Sequence record: NZ_CP018188.1
DNA: 64,000 bases
Reading direction: 5' to 3' (one strand)
Source: a plasmid
Shown: positions 58,822-64,000 of the stretch, piece after piece
Layout of the letters: each line of letters opens with the position of its first letter
Position numbering within the stretch: position 1 is the stretch's first letter
Program-made: the position numbers and the translations under genes
The notes under the pieces: generated by a model
The model's input: only the letters and a program-made list of their open reading frames with translations
What the model was told of the DNA's origin: nothing
The model's database searches: none

Positions 58822-59643
58822 CCATTAAGAAAAAACATTCTTCAAATAGTGGAATATGCTAAAATAGTTGCTAAAATTCCAAATGTAATATTAATAACTA
58901 ATGGAACTATTTTTAATAAAAATATACTTTCAGAACTATCAAAATTTGTGGATACTGTTTCTGTTTCATTAGATACATACTGTTCGGATAGTGAACCATA
59001 TCTCAGAGATAAAGGAATATTTGACAAGATTATGCGGTCAATTTCTTGGTTAAAAGAATCGGGAAATAATGTCAATATTATTCCAACAATTCATCACTTG
59101 AATTCAAGTAATCTCCTTGAGTATGTAAAACTTGCAAAGGAAATAGGAACAACGATTAGTTTCAGTATTCTCAGTGCATGTTTTGAAGGCGAGTTAATGT
59201 CATATCTTCCCGATAACACTGATTTAATAAATATTAGTAAGTTTATGATTGAATCTGATGCACCAATCAATGATAGTGCCCTAGAGGATAAAACTTTAGT
59301 AGCTAGGAATTACTGTGGAGCTGGGACCTCAATGATTGCCATAGGCACTCAAGGTAATGTCTATCCGTGCCACATGTTGATGTATGATGAGTACTGTATA
59401 GGAAATATAAAGTACGATTCAATAAACAAGATGCGAGAGAAATCTGCTAATGCAAGGTTATTCAAATCATTGAATGTAGATAAAATAGAGGGTTGTTCAC
59501 AATGTCAATTCCGATATCTATGTGGAGGAGGCTGCAGAGCTCGTTCAAAATTGAAATTTGACGTAGTAGATAAAGTAGATCCATATTGTCGATTATTTAA
59601 AGCATACTATAATAAAGTTGCGGCGGAAATTATTTCTGATTAG
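58822..59643 (+). pseudogene. radical SAM/SPASM maturase gene, 3' part (SPASM domain)
   Basis: Continues the frame after the target-site duplication. Auxiliary-cluster cysteines are present (CGAGTSMIAIGTQGNVYPCHM ... CSQCQFRYLCGGGCRARS). The track ORF 58549.. is an artefactual upstream extension through the IS end. Confidence 0.7.
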
Positions 59644-59654
59644 GGAGAATGTCT

Positions 59655-61352
59655 ATGAAAAGGGTCTTAAGGGAAGAACGAAATAAAATAGTAGTATTTA
59701 TTATCTCTACGTTTATATTGGGATTAGTTGAAGTATCGTTTGCTACAATAATTCAAAAATTCATTGATTCCCTAGAGTCATCAGATATTACAAAGTTTAA
59801 ATTAGCAATTTTTTCCTTTACAGTTTTTCTTGTAGTAAACTATATCTTGAATCTTTTTGTAATATGGATTCAATCAGTGCTTACTAAGAATATTCATCTG
59901 TATTTAAAATCAAATTTAGCTAAATATTTTTTATCGCTTGGTTATTGTGATTTTTCTGAAACAACTACGGGTGAAAAGATGAATTGCTTTGATTATAAAA
60001 TATCGCTAATTGAACAGTATTTTTTAGATAGCATTTTTTCAATGATACAATCAACTTTGATGTTGATTATTGCGAGTGTTTATTTATATCAAATTAGCCC
60101 GTTGATTTGCATAATTGTATTTGCTTTAGGGATTGTATCTATGCTGGTTCCCTTGTTACTTGGTAAAAAATTAAATGATTTAGTTTCTGAAAATGTAGTT
60201 CTAAGCGGAGAGTATCTACATTTTATAAAAGAGATGTTTCAAGGAATACTGGCGGTCAAGACCTTTCAGAAGGAGCGGACATTTTTTGAGAAATTTGAAG
60301 AGAAGTTATTTAAATTTGAACAGAATGCTCAATTGTTAAATGTAAAAAATGGTGAGTATAATCAAATCAGTGGTTTTTTTCAGTATGTAATCATTATTTC
60401 TTGTTTATGCTTTGGTGGATTTTTAGTGTTGAATCAAGGCTTGACATTAGGAAAGATGATTGCGGTTACACAAATTTCAAATTTGATAGTTGGTCCAATT
60501 CAACAGATTGGTTCTTCAGTTATTGATATTTTGGCTAGTAAGGATATAACGAAAGAAATGTCAGATATTTTTTTAAAACAATCAATCGTTTTAGATAAAA
60601 AAGTATATCAAAAAGGTTTTGATAATATAAGGATTTCTACTTGTAGTGTCACAAAAGATAATAAAAAGCTCTTGGGTGGTGTTAATATATCTCTTGAATA
60701 TGGTAAAAAATATTGTATTATTGGTCCAAATGGTAGCGGAAAAACTACATTTGGACGATTAATGTTAAATTTGTTAAATGATGTTGAAGAACGAGTATTT
60801 ATAGATAGAGAAGCTAGTAATTTAGAAGATGTCGCCAAATTGATTTCATATGTACCGCAAAATAGTATTGCTTTTAAAGGTACTTTGAAAGATAATATTA
60901 CATTGTTTGAACGCTACGATGATAAAATTATTGATGAGGTAATTAGAGACGTTAATTTAAACAATAAAAGTAAAGAGATTCAAATGATTTCGGAAAACGG
61001 TGACAATATTTCTGGTGGAGAATTGAGAAAAGTCAATATAGCTAGAGCATTTTTAGAGGATAGACCAATAATACTAGTTGATGAATTTGAGTCAGCTCTG
61101 GATGAAGAATCATCAAAACTAATAGCTGATAAATTTTTGAGTTCAGAAAAAACGGTGATAATGATTTCTCACAATTTAGAGCAGTCATTTTTACAAAGGT
61201 TTGATTCCATAATTTTTATAGAAAATGGGGAAGTTACTGCAATGGGAAAATACGAAGTATTATTAAAAAATTGTGATAACTTCTATAAATATTTAATTCA
61301 AACTGCCCCTAGTGGAGGTAATATTCATGAATACAATACTACGAGCGTGTAA
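59655..61352 (+). CDS. ABC transporter, fused permease/ATP-binding protein (peptide exporter-type)
   Basis: Six N-terminal transmembrane helices. Walker A GPNGSGKTT, signature ISGGELRKVNIARAF, Walker B ILVDE. Confidence 0.75.
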   Translation: MKRVLREERNKIVVFIISTFILGLVEVSFATIIQKFIDSLESSDITKFKLAIFSFTVFLVVNYILNLFVIWIQSVLTKNIHLYLKSNLAKYFLSLGYCDFSETTTGEKMNCFDYKISLIEQYFLDSIFSMIQSTLMLIIASVYLYQISPLICIIVFALGIVSMLVPLLLGKKLNDLVSENVVLSGEYLHFIKEMFQGILAVKTFQKERTFFEKFEEKLFKFEQNAQLLNVKNGEYNQISGFFQYVIIISCLCFGGFLVLNQGLTLGKMIAVTQISNLIVGPIQQIGSSVIDILASKDITKEMSDIFLKQSIVLDKKVYQKGFDNIRISTCSVTKDNKKLLGGVNISLEYGKKYCIIGPNGSGKTTFGRLMLNLLNDVEERVFIDREASNLEDVAKLISYVPQNSIAFKGTLKDNITLFERYDDKIIDEVIRDVNLNNKSKEIQMISENGDNISGGELRKVNIARAFLEDRPIILVDEFESALDEESSKLIADKFLSSEKTVIMISHNLEQSFLQRFDSIIFIENGEVTAMGKYEVLLKNCDNFYKYLIQTAPSGGNIHEYNTTSV

Positions 61353-62193
61353 TTTAAGTAAATCATTTGGTTTACAAGAGGTGTTAACTAATATCAATTT
61401 TGACATTCAATCAGGAGATATAGTTGGCTTGATTGGAAAAAATGGCTGTGGAAAGACTACTCTAATGAAGATGATATTGGGTTTTACATCACAAACCAAG
61501 GGTTATATCCAATTTGAAGGTGATCCGAATTATCATACTAAAAGGAAGACATTAAATAAAATCGGTTTCCTCCTAGATTGTAGGCTGTTTGAAGATTTCT
61601 CTGCATATGATAATTTGAAATTATTCTCTATGTACTCTTCAACAGTTAATGAAGAAAATTTAGATGACCGAATTGAGAGGTTGTTAAAGTTTGTTGGTTT
61701 AGATAATAGTAAAAAACTAGTAAAATCTTATTCTTTTGGTATGAAACAGAGATTGGGTTTGGCACTGGCATTACTAGATGATCCTGAATTTTTGATTTTA
61801 GACGAACCATTTGTCGGTTTGGATCCCACCGGAGTTAGAGTTCTTCTAGATTATATTGTAAAGTTACGTCGGGAAAAGGGTGTTACGATACTAATCTCAT
61901 CACATCAGTTACATGAAATTGAAGAAATTTGTGACTATTTCTTATTTATAAATGAAAAGAGTATTGAAAAACATTCTAAACTAGGGGAAAATCAAATAGT
62001 TATTACTTTGGGACATCTAGTACCAGAGTTGGAACAGGACTTAAGAGATATGATTGATATGAAAGAAGGTCAGATAACTTTACCAAAGGATATGTCGTTG
62101 CTGAATTCAACATTAAAGCTTATTTACAAGTATAATAGTGAATTAAAAGATATCACAATAAATGATTCTACAGAAGAGTTATTTAGGGGGTGA
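61327..62193 (+). CDS. ABC transporter ATP-binding protein (ABC-2 type)
   Basis: GKNGCGKTTLMKMI Walker A. YSFGMKQRLGLALALL signature. Ribosome-binding site GGAGG. Confidence 0.8.
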   Translation: MNTILRACNLSKSFGLQEVLTNINFDIQSGDIVGLIGKNGCGKTTLMKMILGFTSQTKGYIQFEGDPNYHTKRKTLNKIGFLLDCRLFEDFSAYDNLKLFSMYSSTVNEENLDDRIERLLKFVGLDNSKKLVKSYSFGMKQRLGLALALLDDPEFLILDEPFVGLDPTGVRVLLDYIVKLRREKGVTILISSHQLHEIEEICDYFLFINEKSIEKHSKLGENQIVITLGHLVPELEQDLRDMIDMKEGQITLPKDMSLLNSTLKLIYKYNSELKDITINDSTEELFRG

Positions 62194-62197
62194 AAAA

Positions 62198-62950
62198 ATG
62201 CAATCGATAATATTAGCAGAACTATATAAATTACTGAAACGGAAAAATTTTATCATATTAGCAGTGTTATCTTTGTGGTCGTTAATTTACGGATTAGGCG
62301 CTTTTTTACATTGGGATTTTGTAAAAATTGGTGCTAAGTTGGATTTAGTTACCTTTATTACAACGATGTGGACGTTTTTATTGATATTAACTATTCCACT
62401 ATTATTAATTTTGTACACTGCTTCCTTTATTTTAGGAGGAGAAATCCAAGGAGGGCAAATTTTACTAGAAGTAAACCGAGTATCTAGTAAGAAAACGTTG
62501 ATTATTTCTAAGTATATAGTTGTCATCTTATCAATCTTATTTTTGTATGTACTGAACTGCTTATCATCACTCATCACTTATATTTGTTTTTTATCTCGAA
62601 GTGAGTTTGGTTACGTACATTTTTGGGAACTGCATTCTACAAATATGCAATCAATAATAATTAGTTTGGTAAATTTAAGTTTCATTATTTTATTGGCTAG
62701 TGTAGCCTTTTACTTATCGTTATATGTTTCGGCAATAGTAGCCGCATTTGCAAGTTTAGGTGTTTATTTTTTATGTCAACTTTTGTCATATATTGCTATT
62801 ATTTCTAAATTTGTTCCGGGATACTTTTTTATTGTATCGAATTATCGTTTTTCATTGGAATTATCTATAGTTCACTTGTTAGGTTATTTCTTGATTTGTC
62901 TGTTATTATTGATTGCTACTACGAAAGGATTTGAAAAGAAAGCATTATGA
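62198..62950 (+). CDS. ABC-2-type transporter permease
   Basis: Polytopic membrane protein translationally coupled to the ATPase. Confidence 0.6.
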   Translation: MQSIILAELYKLLKRKNFIILAVLSLWSLIYGLGAFLHWDFVKIGAKLDLVTFITTMWTFLLILTIPLLLILYTASFILGGEIQGGQILLEVNRVSSKKTLIISKYIVVILSILFLYVLNCLSSLITYICFLSRSEFGYVHFWELHSTNMQSIIISLVNLSFIILLASVAFYLSLYVSAIVAAFASLGVYFLCQLLSYIAIISKFVPGYFFIVSNYRFSLELSIVHLLGYFLICLLLLIATTKGFEKKAL

Positions 62951-62987
62951 GTGATATAATATTTCAAAAAGGAATTCATGAAAGCAC

Positions 62988-63716
62988 ATGTATAAAATAG
63001 CAATTTGTGATGATGATAGTCTACAAGTTAGTCATTTAGAAACTCAAATTTCAAAGTATTTTGATGAGATTAATGTTCACTATGAGATTGATGGCTATTA
63101 TAAAGGAAATCGTCTAGTAAAGGCGATGAGCACTCAGGCAGATAACTATCAATTGATATTTTTAGATATTGAAATGGAGGAAATTAATGGTATTGAAACT
63201 GCAAAATTATTGAGAAATTTAGATAAGAGTTTCGTCTTAATCTATGTTACAAGTTATGAGCAATATGCTTTAGAGAGTTTTGAAGTATCTCCGTTTCGTT
63301 ATCTTATAAAACCTGTATCTACTGAAAAATTGAGAGACGTTCTTAGTGATGTTCTCGTAGAATTAACTGCTAAACAGAAATTCTTATTTTATCAAGTAGG
63401 TATGGAACATTTTCAAGTAATCTTAGATAATATTGTGTGCTTATATTCTGAATTTGGTCGAAAAATCCACCTTGAGTTGGTTAATGATAATAGCGTGTTG
63501 TTTTATGGAAAAATATCAACACTTGAAGAAGAGTTACCTCAAACACATTTTATTAGAGTCAATAGCGGGGCAATAATTAATCTAGACTATGTTGTATCTT
63601 TTAATAGAAATGAAGTAACGATGATAAATGGTGACTGTATTACTATTAGTAGAAGTCGAAAGAAAACAGTAGTAGCAACTTACAATCATTTTATTGAGAG
63701 GAGTTTTGGATTATGA
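62988..63716 (+). CDS. LytTR-family response regulator
   Basis: REC domain (KIAICDDDSLQV...FLDIEMEEINGIE) plus a C-terminal LytTR DNA-binding domain. Confidence 0.8.
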   Translation: MYKIAICDDDSLQVSHLETQISKYFDEINVHYEIDGYYKGNRLVKAMSTQADNYQLIFLDIEMEEINGIETAKLLRNLDKSFVLIYVTSYEQYALESFEVSPFRYLIKPVSTEKLRDVLSDVLVELTAKQKFLFYQVGMEHFQVILDNIVCLYSEFGRKIHLELVNDNSVLFYGKISTLEEELPQTHFIRVNSGAIINLDYVVSFNRNEVTMINGDCITISRSRKKTVVATYNHFIERSFGL

Positions 63717-64000
63717 TTGATTTGTTTAAAACAATTGGAATCCTCTCTCTTTTTTTATTTCAAAGCTTTGTTATTTGGATTTATTTACTACATTTTTTTG
63801 TTGTCAGAATACCTAAAATGAGATTTTATTGTTTTATTTTTTGTATTTATTTTGTTGGTAGAACATCAATAACAGTGGATCAGACCACGTTTATTGATTT
63901 AAAAATTTTTTCTTTATTTTGTACTTTCTTGATTCTTTTCTTCTTTTTATCTGGGGAGGTAATGAAAAAAGTATTTCATTTCTTATTTCTGACTTTTTGG
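63713..64000 (+). CDS. membrane sensor protein, probable cognate histidine kinase (5' partial)
   Basis: ATGA overlap with the response-regulator stop. N-terminal hydrophobic helices. The rest lies beyond the window. Confidence 0.35.
   Translation, partial: MIDLFKTIGILSLFLFQSFVIWIYLLHFFVVRIPKMRFYCFIFCIYFVGRTSITVDQTTFIDLKIFSLFCTFLILFFFLSGEVMKKVFHFLFLTFW

Overview
The window is AT-rich, low-GC Firmicutes DNA of streptococcal type. This is inferred from YSIRK-type signal peptides, an ISSag10/lnu(C)-like insertion, AAAGGAGAAAAACAATG-type ribosome-binding sites and low GC. Almost all of it is a large mobile element with both conjugative and plasmid-like features.

Gene blocks, left to right:
- 1-12.0 kb, minus strand: a leading-region-like operon. 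It encodes an N6-adenine methyltransferase/SNF2 helicase fusion (runs off the left edge), a PcfJ-like protein, a Lys-rich repeat protein, a compact GspE/PilT-type ATPase, an HExxH metallopeptidase, a RelA/SpoT-domain nucleotidyltransferase and a Zn-finger/TOPRIM primase-like protein.
- 12.0-18.4 kb: a plasmid-type maintenance module. It holds an AT-rich repeat/centromere-like region, a ParA-family ATPase with a small partner, roughly 11 iterons, a Rep/replisome-organiser protein and a tyrosine recombinase.
- 18.5-25.7 kb: cargo. A membrane-anchored EndA/NucA-type nuclease is followed by a duplicated module. Each copy is a LytTR response regulator plus AgrC/ComD-like kinase next to a YSIRK-signal CHAP/SH3b peptidoglycan hydrolase. 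The first copy is decayed.
- 25.9-26.9 kb: a degenerate IS30-family element.
- 27.5-37.3 kb: a conjugation-related block with a VirD4/TraG-like coupling protein of 1011 aa, a Replic_Relax-like protein, a CPYC thioredoxin-fold membrane protein and several hypothetical proteins.
- 38-43 kb: hypothetical proteins, an IS3 orfA remnant, and the most unusual locus in the window. A 430-aa protein has TnpB/Cas12-like N-terminal and split RuvC-I/II-like motifs but lacks the C-terminal zinc finger and RuvC-III. It sits directly upstream of its own promoter, a minimal CRISPR-like array (two 36-bp GTTTTG...AAAAC repeats around one 30-bp spacer) and a terminator.
- 43.0-51.4 kb, plus strand: a second leading-region-like operon. 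It encodes two paralogous small proteins, SSB, a PD-(D/E)xK nuclease, an ERF-family annealing protein, a RadC-like JAB protein and many small hypothetical proteins.
- 51.5-53.0 kb: an AbiEi/AbiEii abortive-infection pair.
- 55.4-64.0 kb: a RiPP-like cluster. It contains a 36-aa precursor candidate, a CPBP protease/immunity protein, a radical-SAM/SPASM maturase interrupted by an ISSag10-like IS1595 element carrying lnu(C), ABC exporters, a LytTR regulator and a partial kinase.

Two structural observations span blocks. Two near-identical ~555-bp, hairpin-rich elements lie in inverted orientation at 11992-12548 and 43010-43566, each directly 5' of the first gene of the two outward-facing operons. 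Two adjacent proteins end in canonical beta-clamp-binding QL[SD]LF pentapeptides.
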